In this document: one piece after another, positions 1-11,933 of the stretch | Layout: each line of letters begins with the position of its first letter | Position numbering within the stretch: the stretch's first letter is position 1 | Assembly: GCF_009914755.1 (NCBI RefSeq) | Contig: NC_060936.1 | Length of the DNA stretch: 64,000 bases | Strand: one strand, 5' to 3' | From: the human T2T-CHM13v2.0 reference genome, Homo sapiens | The notes under the pieces: model-generated | Database searches by the model: none | Told to the model about the DNA's origin: nothing | Seen by the model: the letters and a program-made list of their open reading frames with translations, nothing else | Position numbers and translations under genes: made by a program

Positions 1-1879
1 CTGTGCCATGTATGTTAGGTAGATGAGGCTTAAGAAGGAGATCATCCTCCACTCACAGTGGTGGGTACAGAAATGTGTTCCTGGCATCCACATAGAAGTC
101 AGTGGATGGCCTGTTCTTTAAAAATGCAATGAATTGATAAGCTCTGCTGGCCTAGGTCTGGGAGTCTAAGCACCACAAATGAACGCTGTTATGAGCGTTC
201 CCCTACAACTTTGGAACTGCTCAGTGCACCAAATGCTCTGCAAAAAGCGGGTCTTGCTTCAAAGTATTCAGAATTGCAATGCTGTGATTCTCTGCATCTT
301 GGTTTGCGCTGCCTCACTAGGACTAGGGGTATGCTTTCCACTGGAGAGTGCCACCCATATCATTTTAGAGAGGGCTGAGGGAGAAGTCTACTATTGTTTT
401 AGTGAAACACACTGCTAAGAAATAAGTAGTAGCCACCAATACTTCCAATGGTATAAATTCTCATAAATGGTATTTTTTTCAGTGCCTTTGTATGAAGCAA
501 GATTCACAATGGGGCAGAGAATGAATCTCCCCACAAGCTACCTTGCAAGTAATGGGTGGGTGGAAGTTTCAGGAGCAGGGGTTCTTCTGTTTATTATACT
601 CTGCTATTTGATAAATGCCCAGACATTTACCCATTAGTTACCGCTAATGGCTTTTTCATAAAGACCTCAGTGATCGCCTCCTCCCAGACTGAGGGTTTCC
701 CTGGGGGCAGGAGGTATCTAGCACAGTGTAAAGACTGGGTAACTAGGGATGATTCAGCCCAGAAACTCAAGAAGATAACTCATTCTGTTTTCACCTGTGT
801 TGGGGGGAAGGCCATTGAAAATAATGGAAGCCCCTCTAAACTGACAGTGAATGATATTAGTAAAACCTGACAAATAATGGGCCAGTGAAAAGATGGAGAA
901 GTTGTAGCTTAAGCTAAACAGCCCCTCCTTCTGGCTGGATACAGCAGCTAAAAACAGAGAGAACTGTGTGTTTTGCACAAGACCGCTTGCTAACTCAAGA
1001 CATTTTGCTTCTTTCCGTGGTGAAAAGACAGGGAGGGCACCATCACAAAAATCTAAGATGAAAGAGAGTCGCTCTTTTGCTTGATTCTCACATCCATTCT
1101 TCCAGCCTGCAATGGGCAGGGCATATGGTCAGGTGGATCCAGGGGCCAGGCACTCGCACACACCACCAGGGCTGTGATGCATGGGCCCAGGTAGAGGTGC
1201 CGTGGGAGGGGTCATTGAGACAGAGAGTGTGAGCTGGGCAGAGGAAATCAGACTTGACTTTAGGGGTTACAGAGCAACCCAAGGAGACAAAATGCTGCTG
1301 AATTCCCAACAGCCTATCAGGGAGGGAATGTTTTCTGTGACTCATTTAAGTGGCCTCACTTGGTGGATTATATTCTGTTATTGGCCCCTCCAGCCCTTCC
1401 CCCTTTTAAGAAGAGGATGTTTGTAAATTAGAAGCAACAGGAACAAGAAAGTCATTTGAAGAGCCCGAGGAGGATTAAACATAAGTATTCGTTATGTAAT
1501 ATTTGTAATTCCCTGCAATCAGTCTGTTCCTTTCCCCATAGGGGGCAAGGAGATCAGGATCTGGTGAGGTGTGAATCTTGGGAGGTATGAGGAAGTTGGG
1601 CTGAGAAAGTGAACTTTCTCCTGGTCTTTCCTGAGGGTGTGCTCTTAGAGGTCTCCCCCCTTAAGGGGCAAGGGTTAGACAAATGACAATTTCTAAGAGG
1701 ACCGAAAGGATTGTATACACCCTGCCTCGTGAACTAGACAGCAGATATCTTATTACTTGCACTTAACATGGGGCAGCCTAGCGATTGAGTAACTGGGTTG
1801 GGTTGACAACAGCTACCCGGCTTCACTTATGAATAATAGTAATAATAATAACCGCAGCTAAAGCAACCCCATTATTAGT

Positions 1880-2050
1880 AGCTGCCATGTGTCAGACACT
1901 AGGTGTTTTACATAAACAATCTGAATTCATCCTCACATTTCCCTTTGCAATTGACATTGCGACTTCCACTTTCTAAATGAGGAAACAGATGAGCGGTCAA
2001 ATAACTGGATATGATTCTAATTCATCCTCTGTCTGATTCAAAAATCTCTT
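1880..2050 (-). mobile_element. MIR SINE fragment
   Basis: MIR core-like ccactttctaaatgaggaaacaga and ccatgtgtcagacact; boundaries approximate. Confidence 0.6.
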
Positions 2051-3804
2051 TTTACTGTGCATTTAAGTCAAGCAGAAAATTGGGGAGGTGTGCTAGAACC
2101 TGAGAAAAGCAAAAATGAATTTGAATGTGTGGGGGGATTACTAATAGCAGACATGAAAGCTCCAACCTCTCCCCTGAAGAGGCAGGATAAACGTCATAAT
2201 TTTTGCATTCACAGTTAAGTTGGACACATTCCTAAAAAACAGCCTGGGTTGGAAGGAAGTGGCCAGATTGGGAAGGGGCTGTTGGAGACGGTCAGGGAGA
2301 ATGGTGGAAGCCATTGTCTGCCTCTCATTCCTTGCTTGCAGAGAGCAAGGCACCCTGATGTATATTAGATCACTCTAGATTTTTGGTTGCCTGATAAAGA
2401 CAGTGAGAGGAGATAAAAGGCATGTGAAGTGTTGGAATTATAGTATCAGTGCTCTCTAATAAATACCTGATGTGGCATGAAAGTGCCTCAAGCACATTCA
2501 AAGCATCAATTAAATTAGGTGGAGTGAGAGAGGGCAGTGGAACAATTGCAGGATGCGCCTGGCCATCTCCTCCCTTGGTTGGGGCATCCACACATCCATT
2601 CTGTCTAGGGTGTGAATAACCTCAAGCCCTTTCCTTTTGATGTCCCTCTGAGCCTGCACTGCTTTGTGACAGTCTTAGGCATGACAAAGCTCTCCTTCTG
2701 TAGCTGACATAAATCAGAATAGCCTCCCCCATGTGTATCCTTCACACTTCCTTTATTTCCTAGGCTTTATGATCAATGGGCTCCCTTCTCTGCTGTGATT
2801 ATGGCTGAAAGCTTTTGTTTATCCATGCACATTCTTAATCGATATTAGTTCCCAATCCTCCCACCCTGTGATTTATGCATTTGCCTGTCTTCTGTATTGA
2901 GTCCTGAAGGATTGGAATTTGTGTAAATGTCATGTACAAGGAGAAGGCACATTTGGTGCTATCTCAAGTTGCATTACTTTTAAAGCCCCCAGAACCATCA
3001 CATTGAGCTGTGGAAAATATGACTCTCTGCCCAGACCAATGGCAGGCTTCCTGCCATGAGGCACACAGAGCCCAAAGGCTCAGGTGTAGTAATACTAGTC
3101 TGAAATGCTCAGTCACAGGGTGACCAGACCATTAAACTGTAATTAGGTTGTTATAATTATTGAAAACCAAACAGCATTATAATAATAGAATTGTGCCTCT
3201 CACATTTTATATCTCGCCCAGGATCATATTAGTAGCCTATTCAGTATATGGGCATTGAGTAATAGCTGCTATTCTTCAGAAGGCATTTACTTCTATTAAA
3301 AGTGCTGGGTGAGCAATTTGATGAAAGCATGGACATTTTCCTAGTGGAAAATGGACATTTATATGACATTGTTCAGAGACCTGGAAATTATAAAGGCCTA
3401 CTTCTTTGAAAATCAAAGTCCTATTTTTAACCTCTAAAACACAAACAAAATAAAATACGAACAGTTATCATAAAATGTTCTTGTTCCTTTTTTGAAATAG
3501 AATGTATTAGAGAAATGAATATGTAAATACCCAAGAAGAAACCAAATTCTGTTTCCATGTAGGTATGTATAACTGGATGAATAGGCACTTAGGCAAATCA
3601 GAACTAGGTTACAGGGGTGTTTTCAGGAATTTATGATTAGATTGTGATGGTTTTTAGTGCAGCTCTTCCTCATGTTAGCAGATAGCCCACACGTGTGGGA
3701 AAGCTGAGTCGTCTTATTGAATCTGACAGTAACCGTTTTTGTCCCTTTCTTTTTCTTTTCAGAACTCTCTTTGCTCACAAGTTACCAAAAAAAAAAGAGC
3801 CAAC

Positions 3805-3882
3805 ATGTTGGTATTGCTGGCTGGTATCTTTGTGGTCCACATCGCTACTGTTATTATGCTATTTGTTAGCACCATTGCCAAT
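3805..3882 (+). CDS. EMP1: EMP1 first coding exon (exon 3763-3882); encodes MLVLLAGIFVVHIATVIMLFVSTIAN (TM1)
   Basis: Polypyrimidine tract + AG at 3761-3762; gccaacATG at 3805; donor AAT|gtgagt at 3883; 26 codons match the recalled EMP1 N-terminus. Confidence 0.98.
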
Positions 3883-3899
3883 GTGAGTAATGTTCTTTT

Positions 3900-4470
3900 G
3901 TTCATTCATTCATTGAGAAATCATTCGAATATTTACATCAAGTGCACAAAAGAAGTTTAAGCCACAGCCCTTGCCCTTCATGAACTTACAGCTCAGTTGT
4001 GGGAAAACAAAATAAACACACGCTTGCCCTTCAAACAATTAAATAACAGGAGGATAAAAGTGAATGTCCACAGGAGTAATCCTGCCAGAGCTGTAGGTGG
4101 TTAAGGGCTGGAGGATCTAGTGCAGCTTCTTCGGTCTCTAGAAGAGCCTTCCCAGCAGCAGGGGTGAGTGGAGCTTGAGGTGAACCTGGAGGAGTGGTAG
4201 ATGGCTGAGGTTTCTCTTAGTGAAAGAGGGAAGGTGGAAGGATCATAGGGATGCATTCAGGTGGGAGTGCTAGCAAAGGAGCATATGTAGGAAGGACAAG
4301 CTTTGGTCAGAGGATAAGGAGGACACACACCTATGTGGCTGGAGCCGAACTTCCCCTCCTTCTGAGAAGCTTGATTAGAAGGATAGATGGGAAGAAGAGG
4401 ATGCCAGACTGACAAATTCAAATTTTGAGCAAAGAGTAGCATGTGAAAGTGGAGTTTTGCAAGATTAACC
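3900..4470 (-). mobile_element. Degenerate L2 LINE 3' fragment
   Basis: ttcattcattcatt tail and cttgcccttcatgaacttaca motif; boundaries approximate. Confidence 0.5.
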
Positions 4471-5772
4471 CAGTGCCACTGAATTAACTAACTCAGACAA
4501 AACGAGAAAAAAAAAATGGAGGTAGTGTCTTTTCTCTCTGAACCCTGGGCTACTCTGACCTCTAGTGGTGGCTTACAGCGCCCAATTTGCTTTTACTTGT
4601 GCTTTTCTCAGAAAAAAGCCAGCTCCTTGGACCTAAAAACCAAGGCCACCAATCACTAGGCAGGCAAACCATGGTTTCAGAATCTGTTTAGGTCCCTATC
4701 ACAGTTAAAGTATAAGTGAGTTTTAAAGTTCAGATAGAAGAGCTTTGCAAACATTAGTGGGTGTGATCATAAGCAAGGCTAATTAAGAATAACTGTGATA
4801 AGACAACCCCCGCCCACGTGACCTCCTTGTTTTGTAATTTAGCCATTCTATATGTCAACTCCTATATCTATCCAGATAAATCTGATAAGCTTCTTCAAAG
4901 TGTATTAATGAGCGCCAAAGCGCTGCGTATCTGTGAATTACCAGCCCCTAATATAAGGCTAGGCACACAGTTGTTTATTGAATGAAGAGCAGGGATTGGC
5001 GTAGGTGATGCATGTTCCCGGCCCCACCTTTCCAGTGTGTGCATTTGTGTGTGTGTAGACAGGACACTGCACTTGTTTTCTCTTCCAGAAGGATAATTCC
5101 TTTTCTTGGGCCAGGCAGGAAGGGATGGCGGCACCATGATCAGTCTGGGGGAATCCATTCAGGTCACCCTTCAGCTTTTAGTAGCCCCTACAGGAAAGCA
5201 CTTGCTGTAGTATTTTACTATCAAATTACTTTGCATGTTGTGACAGTCAAGTTTGATCCTTCTGTTTAGATGAAAGTGGCTTATTAACCACTAGATTCAT
5301 TGTTATTTTCCCAGTAGGTCTTATGTTTCTTAATTGTTTCCAGTTGGACATTTCACTTTTTTCCTGGTTAACCAGGGACTTAAATGAAACAATCTTGTTA
5401 GAGTATATGAACTGCACATACCTAAGCCAGTTTCCTCATCCTGGACTTCTGTTTCTCAGAACCTTAGAATTTTAAACCACTGTGGTTGAGTTACTTCCAT
5501 TTTTGTTAAGTCGTGAAGAATGTGGAGCCCAAAGAGGGCTAGGTGATTTCTTTCTGGGTTTCACATTCTTCTGTGTCTCTTCTCTTGGCAACTTTGTGAA
5601 CTTCAGTTTTAATCGGACCTTATTTCCGCCCACAGATAAGCTGCATAGCCATAGTTATAGCTAAATAGAATGTCTTTATTAAAATCTGATCCCGATGCAA
5701 GCTGATTTGTTATTTTATTTTTAAATCAGAGGGCCAGCTTTCAATTAACATTTTCTTTCCTTCTGGTTTCAG

Positions 5773-5869
5773 GTCTGGTTGGTTTCCAATACGGTAGATG
5801 CATCAGTAGGTCTTTGGAAAAACTGTACCAACATTAGCTGCAGTGACAGCCTGTCATATGCCAGTGAAG
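5773..5869 (+). CDS. EMP1: EMP1 second coding exon; VWLVSNTVDASVGLWKNCTNISCSDSLSYASE (extracellular loop 1, W-GLW-C-C family motif, NCT/NIS glycosylation sequons)
   Basis: tttcag acceptor ending at 5772; donor G|gtatat at 5870; frame continues from the previous exon. Confidence 0.98.
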
Positions 5870-5974
5870 GTATATATAAAGATATTGACCCAGTGCTGAC
5901 AATAGGTGTGGTCAGGGAATGTTCAGCCCCTGGAGTGACCTCATGCCCTTGTTCTCCTCGTCCTGTGTCTACAG

Positions 5975-6115
5975 ATGCCCTCAAGACAGTGCAGGCCTTC
6001 ATGATTCTCTCTATCATCTTCTGTGTCATTGCCCTCCTGGTCTTCGTGTTCCAGCTCTTCACCATGGAGAAGGGAAACCGGTTCTTCCTCTCAGGGGCCA
6101 CCACACTGGTGTGCT
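5975..6115 (+). CDS. EMP1: EMP1 third coding exon; DALKTVQAFMILSIIFCVIALLVFVFQLFTMEKGNRFFLSGATTLVC
   Basis: ctacag acceptor ending at 5974; T|gtgagt donor at 6116; 141 nt, phase 1 at both ends. Confidence 0.98.
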
Positions 6116-6827
6116 GTGAGTATCTCATGGGTAGACTCCAGTTTACACTTTTAAGTCCATCTTACCATGGGTGTTTCTGGCAACTTGAACAGATTAGCAC
6201 ATGGTTCAGTGAAACTTCCTTGTGCAATTTTCTCCTCTGGTTATTTGTTCTCTTGTGGAGAACCTTGGATTGCTGCTTAGGTTAAGAACCCTCATCTGCT
6301 TCATTGTTCAAAACCAGTGCTCCTGGGTAGCTACCAAGTGGCAGTGCATATCTGTTAGTAGCACGTGTGTACAAGACACTTCAAGAAGGCAGAAAGGTAG
6401 GAGTTCTCAGAAAGATGAAACCACTGCCACAATGCACATCATTATTGTGATTCTCACTTAATTGTTGTTCTTTCCCAATATACTCGGTTTGGTGGAAGGA
6501 CATGCTCTTTTGCATCCCTGAGTAGCTTTCCTAGACCCACAAGGGCCAGACAGGACAGCTGGGTGGTAGGCATGAGGTTCTGTGTTTTACATCACAGCGT
6601 GGCCACACAAACCAGTGCAGACATGAGAGCCCAGACACCTCTAATTTATCAACATACCGTCGAGCTTGGCCCAGGGGACATCCATCAGAACTCCTGTTTA
6701 GGGACAAACAAGCAGAATTCATTTTCCTATTGCTAATGAGGGAAATAGGATCTTCTTAAAATTAGTAAAACTTTTTCTCGACTTTAATGTAAGAAAACAC
6801 ACCGACAAATCTCCTTTTCCCCTGCAG

Positions 6828-6985
6828 GGCTGTGCATTCTTGTGGGGGTGTCCATCTACACTAGTCATTATGCGAATCGTGATGGAACGCAGTATCACCA
6901 CGGCTATTCCTACATCCTGGGCTGGATCTGCTTCTGCTTCAGCTTCATCATCGGCGTTCTCTATCTGGTCCTGAGAAAGAAATAA
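6828..6985 (+). CDS. EMP1: EMP1 last coding exon; WLCILVGVSIYTSHYANRDGTQYHHGYSYILGWICFCFSFIIGVLYLVLRKK*
   Basis: cctgcag acceptor ending at 6827; TAA at 6983-6985; exon lengths 78+97+141+158 = 474 nt = 157 aa + stop. Confidence 0.98.
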
Positions 6986-9533
6986 GGCCGGACGAGTTCA
7001 TGGGGATCTGGGGGGTGGGGAGGAGGAAGCCGTTGAATCTGGGAGGGAAGTGGAGGTTGCTGTACAGGAAAAACCGAGATAGGGGAGGGGGGAGGGGGAA
7101 GCAAAGGGGGGAGGTCAAATCCCAAACCATTACTGAGGGGATTCTCTACTGCCAAGCCCCTGCCCTGGGGAGAAAGTAGTTGGCTAGTACTTTGATGCTC
7201 CCTTGATGGGGTCCAGAGAGCCTCCCTGCAGCCACCAGACTTGGCCTCCAGCTGTTCTTAGTGACACACACTGTCTGGGGCCCCATCAGCTGCCACAACA
7301 CCAGCCCCACTTCTGGGTCATGCACTGAGGTCCACAGACCTACTGCACTGAGTTAAAATAGCGGTACAAGTTCTGGCAAGAGCAGATACTGTCTTTGTGC
7401 TGAATACGCTAAGCCTGGAAGCCATCCTGCCCTTCTGACCCAAAGCAAAACATCACATTCCAGTCTGAAGTGCCTACTGGGGGGCTTTGGCCTGTGAGCC
7501 ATTGTCCCTCTTTGGAACAGATATTTAGCTCTGTGGAATTCAGTGACAAAATGGGAGGAGGAAAGAGAGTTTGTAAGGTCATGCTGGTGGGTTAGCTAAA
7601 CCAAGAAGGAGACCTTTTCACAATGGAAAACCTGGGGGATGGTCAGAGCCCAGTCGAGACCTCACACACGGCTGTCCCTCATGGAGACCTCATGCCATGG
7701 TCTTTGCTAGGCCTCTTGCTGAAAGCCAAGGCAGCTCTTCTGGAGTTTCTCTAAAGTCACTAGTGAACAATTCGGTGGTAAAAGTACCACACAAACTATG
7801 GGATCCAAGGGGCAGTCTTGCAACAGTGCCATGTTAGGGTTATGTTTTTAGGATTCCCCTCAATGCAGTCAGTGTTTCTTTTAAGTATACAACAGGAGAG
7901 AGATGGACATGGCTCATTGTAGCACAATCCTATTACTCTTCCTCTAACATTTTTGAGGAAGTTTTGTCTAATTATCAATATTGAGGATCAGGGCTCCTAG
8001 GCTCAGTGGTAGCTCTGGCTTAGACACCACCTGGAGTGATCACCTCTTGGGGACCCTGCCTATCCCACTTCACAGGTGAGGCATGGCAATTCTGGAAGCT
8101 GATTAAAACACACATAAACCAAAACCAAACAACAGGCCCTTGGGTGAAAGGTGCTATATAATTGTGAAGTATTAAGCCTACCGTATTTCAGCCATGATAA
8201 GAACAGAGTGCCTGCATTCCCAGGAAAATACGAAAATCCCATGAGATAAATAAAAATATAGGTGATGGGCAGATCTTTTCTTTAAAATAAAAAAGCAAAA
8301 ACTCTTGTGGTACCTAGTCAGATGGTAGACGAGCTGTCTGCTGCCGCAGGAGCACCTCTATACAGGACTTAGAAGTAGTATGTTATTCCTGGTTAAGCAG
8401 GCATTGCTTTGCCCTGGAGCAGCTATTTTAAGCCATCTCAGATTCTGTCTAAAGGGGTTTTTTGGGAAGACGTTTTCTTTATCGCCCTGAGAAGATCTAC
8501 CCCAGGGAGAATCTGAGACATCTTGCCTACTTTTCTTTATTAGCTTTCTCCTCATTCATTTCTTTTATACCTTTCCTTTTTGGGGAGTTGTTATGCCATG
8601 ATTTTTGGTATTTATGTAAAAGGATTATTACTAATTCTATTTCTCTATGTTTATTCTAGTTAAGGAAATGTTGAGGGCAAGCCACCAAATTACCTAGGCT
8701 GAGGTTAGAGAGATTGGCCAGCAAAAACTGTGGGAAGATGAACTTTGTCATTATGATTTCATTATCACATGATTATAGAAGGCTGTCTTAGTGCAAAAAA
8801 CATACTTACATTTCAGACATATCCAAAGGGAATACTCACATTTTGTTAAGAAGTTGAACTATGACTGGAGTAAACCATGTATTCCCTTATCTTTTACTTT
8901 TTTTCTGTGACATTTATGTCTCATGTAATTTGCATTACTCTGGTGGATTGTTCTAGTACTGTATTGGGCTTCTTCGTTAATAGATTATTTCATATACTAT
9001 AATTGTAAATATTTTGATACAAATGTTTATAACTCTAGGGATATAAAAACAGATTCTGATTCCCTTCATTGTGTGAATGTTTTTTTCTAAAAAAAATGTG
9101 GAGAAATATGGATAATTATGACATTTATCCCTCATTAAGCTGCCTATCAGTTTGATTTGGACAACTTGACATTTATTTGAGACATTAAGCTACTTTCTGG
9201 TAATATATTAGGCATTTCTGCAATAGCTCTTTCAGGTAACTGAATATTATTAAGCATAGTTTTATCTTGCTTTGATTAAACCTCTTAGGCAAAAAATGGA
9301 ACTTCATAAGCTAATACATTAGAAAGGGGTTATGATTATAAATCAGAAATGCTTGTGACATTAAGAAATGAGGCACTTGTGAAATTTCTTTGAAATAGCC
9401 AGCTCCTCTAATGTGTCTTCAAAATATAAAGTGATTCACAAAGGCATGCATCACACCTATTTGTAGCAGCCCATTCATTACATAAACCAGGGCATACCTG
9501 TGTGGGCTCTGTGAGTGAAGGGAGGCTTCACTA

Positions 9534-9584
9534 CTTTCTGTGAGCAGTAAGGACTGGTATCTTTCTGTGAGCAATAAGGACTGG
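9534..9584. repeat. 27-bp-period tandem duplication (ctttctgtgagcaRtaaggactgg x2)
   Basis: Copies at 9534-9557 and 9561-9584, one mismatch. Confidence 0.9.
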
Positions 9585-10046
9585 ATAAAGACTGCCTATC
9601 CTTGTGTCGTGTCAGCACCAATACAATAAGGAGGGTTTTAATGTGAAGCAGGCAATCTTCCAGCCCCTTCTGGTCTTGGATGAAATAGTTGCACAGAGTA
9701 TTGCACCAAAAATACACAATGGAGGCTGAAAAGTTCAACATATTTTAAGTCAATTAATCAAATTGCATTGATTCTTGATGCTTTCTTAGAGGCCTACATG
9801 ATTTCTTAGATTGCTCTGATAAACTATCATAAGGGGTCCACTTCCCCTCATTTAGCTCCCCCAGGGATTTCTTTTCCCCCATGTCATACACCCAGTCCTA
9901 AATCAACCCCCAAGGCTATCCTTCCATCCCTTCTGCAGAGGGAACTTTTGTCAGACTCTGCAACAAACTCCTAGCTCTATCCAGAGTGTCCTCTGCTGCT
10001 AAGATTGGTATCTTTCTCCTCAAAAGCCTGGATGGTGAATGGGGGT

Positions 10047-10240
10047 GCATTAGTCAGAATTCTCCAGAGAAACAGAAAAAATAAGATTCGCGTGTGTGTG
10101 CAAACATATATATAAATAAATAAAAATATATTTATTTTAAGGAATTGACTCACATGATTTTGAAGGCAGGCAAGCCCAAAGTCTGCAAGGGGTGGGCCAG
10201 CAGAGAGCTGGTGCTACAGTGCAGGTCTGAAAGTTGCCAG
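10047..10240 (-). mobile_element. MLT2 (ERV-L LTR) fragment
   Basis: tgcattagtcagaattctccagagaaacaga...aaggaattgactcacatgatt, same signature as the MLT2 LTRs at 34085 and 44587. Confidence 0.8.
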
Positions 10241-11602
10241 AGTCCCTTTTATAGAGAAGCTTAAAAAATATTTGTTGAATTAAATGTCTTAGGTAGAGAC
10301 AAATTGAATTAAAGTGGTTAAGTAAATACTCTTAGGTGAAATTTGTGCAAATTATGAGTATAAAGAGGGTGAGCTACAGAACTCTCCATGACCACTCAAG
10401 AATGGGACCCAAAGGCAAATGATAACTTATTCATTCATCAAGGGATAAACTTGAGTTATCAAATGGTTAATAGATAAAGATCCCACTCTGCCTTGGATTT
10501 AGCCATCGCAGTCCCTGTGTAAAACCCCACCGGCTTTCAGGCATGGAAAAAAATTTCACAAAGGCCTTGAAAGAAGGCATATGAAGACCAAAAGGATATT
10601 GAGCAGGGTTCCATACTTGAATAAAGGAAGAAACTCCCTTCAATGTTTACTAAGAAATAGTTAGAATATAGCATATCCTGTATAGATGAAATGTCCTAGC
10701 GAAAATGTTTAAATGTATTTAAAGAAGAGCTAGATTTTGTGGGGGGAGAGAAGGGAATAGGATAGGCTGGTGGGAGGAAGAATGAAAAGAAGAAAACTTG
10801 TTGGAAATTTTGGAGTAGATTGTGAGGAGGGGTGACTCACTTTAAAGATGTATCATTTGGAGGTAGACACGATTTTCAGAGCACAAAACAGATAAGGAAA
10901 GATGTATGCTGATTGTGTGGAGCCCAAGGGAAGGCGGGTTTTTGGAGTCTTACGTGGCTTTGTTTCTGAAAGGGAGACATGTGAAGCCTACTCCTGAGGC
11001 GGGAGGCTGGGGACATGACCATCAAGACCTATAATTGATAAACAACTAGGGGCTGGGTGCTGCACTTACATGCTGGGGAAATAGAAAATGAAGCAGACAT
11101 GTGTCCCATCTTCTTCCAGCTTTCAGTCTAGCTTGGAAATAAATCTCATACCTAGAGAAAATGGAGGATCTGTGGGATGTAGATGAGGTGGGAGCATGAA
11201 TGCCTAGGGAGGGAAGAAGAAAGATTTTCAGTTCTTCAGCTCTTCCTCATGACCCTATCTCATGCCATGAGCAATTGTCTGGCATCTCCTGTGGGTTGGA
11301 CCACTGCTGCATTTCTTACTTGCCAACATCACTTTGTCCCAAATGCCATTCCTTTGTTCCAGGGCCTCCTTGTCTTCCGTCTGGGGAACTGGAGGTGAGA
11401 AGCATTATAATAGCCTCTCTGCCTTTATCTACAATCTCTCCAACCTGTGCTTTATGCTGATGTCAGGATGGGCGTTGATGGATGCTTCTATCACTGTCGG
11501 GGCAGGGAGGGCCAGAACACTAGCATAAGATGTCAATATGTCTATCCATATGTCAGGTCCATACTCAACTCAAGCTTCTGGTTAACTGCTGATCTATTGG
11601 CA

Positions 11603-11933
11603 ACTCCAGTTCCCAATAAGTTCCTCATCTCCTTCTGAGACCACCTCAGTGTGGACTTAATCGTCCACATCACTGTCAGCATTTTGGTTAAAACCATTCA
11701 ACAAGTCTCCAGGAAGCTCCAAACTTTCCTTCATCTTCCTGTCTTCTTCTGAGCCCTCCAAACTCTTCCAACCTCTACCCGTTACCCAGTTCCAAAGGTG
11801 CTTCCACACTTTCAAGTATCTTTATAGCAATGCCCCACTCCTGGTACCAAATTCCTGTATTAGTCTGTTTTCACACTGCTATGAAGACATACTTGAGACT
11901 CGGTAATTTATATAGAAAAGAGGTTTAATTGAC
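11603..11933 (-). mobile_element. THE1/MST MaLR fragment: LTR end (11856-11933) joined to the start of the internal region (11603-11855)
   Basis: ctggtaccaaattcc|tgtattagtc junction; the LTR part parallels the LTR at 12547 and stops at aattgac. Confidence 0.85.

Noticed and set aside
4555-4568. CTCF-like CCACTAGAGGTCAG (minus strand); also a weaker one near 58118
   Set aside because: Mismatch in the GGC core; cannot be supported without binding data
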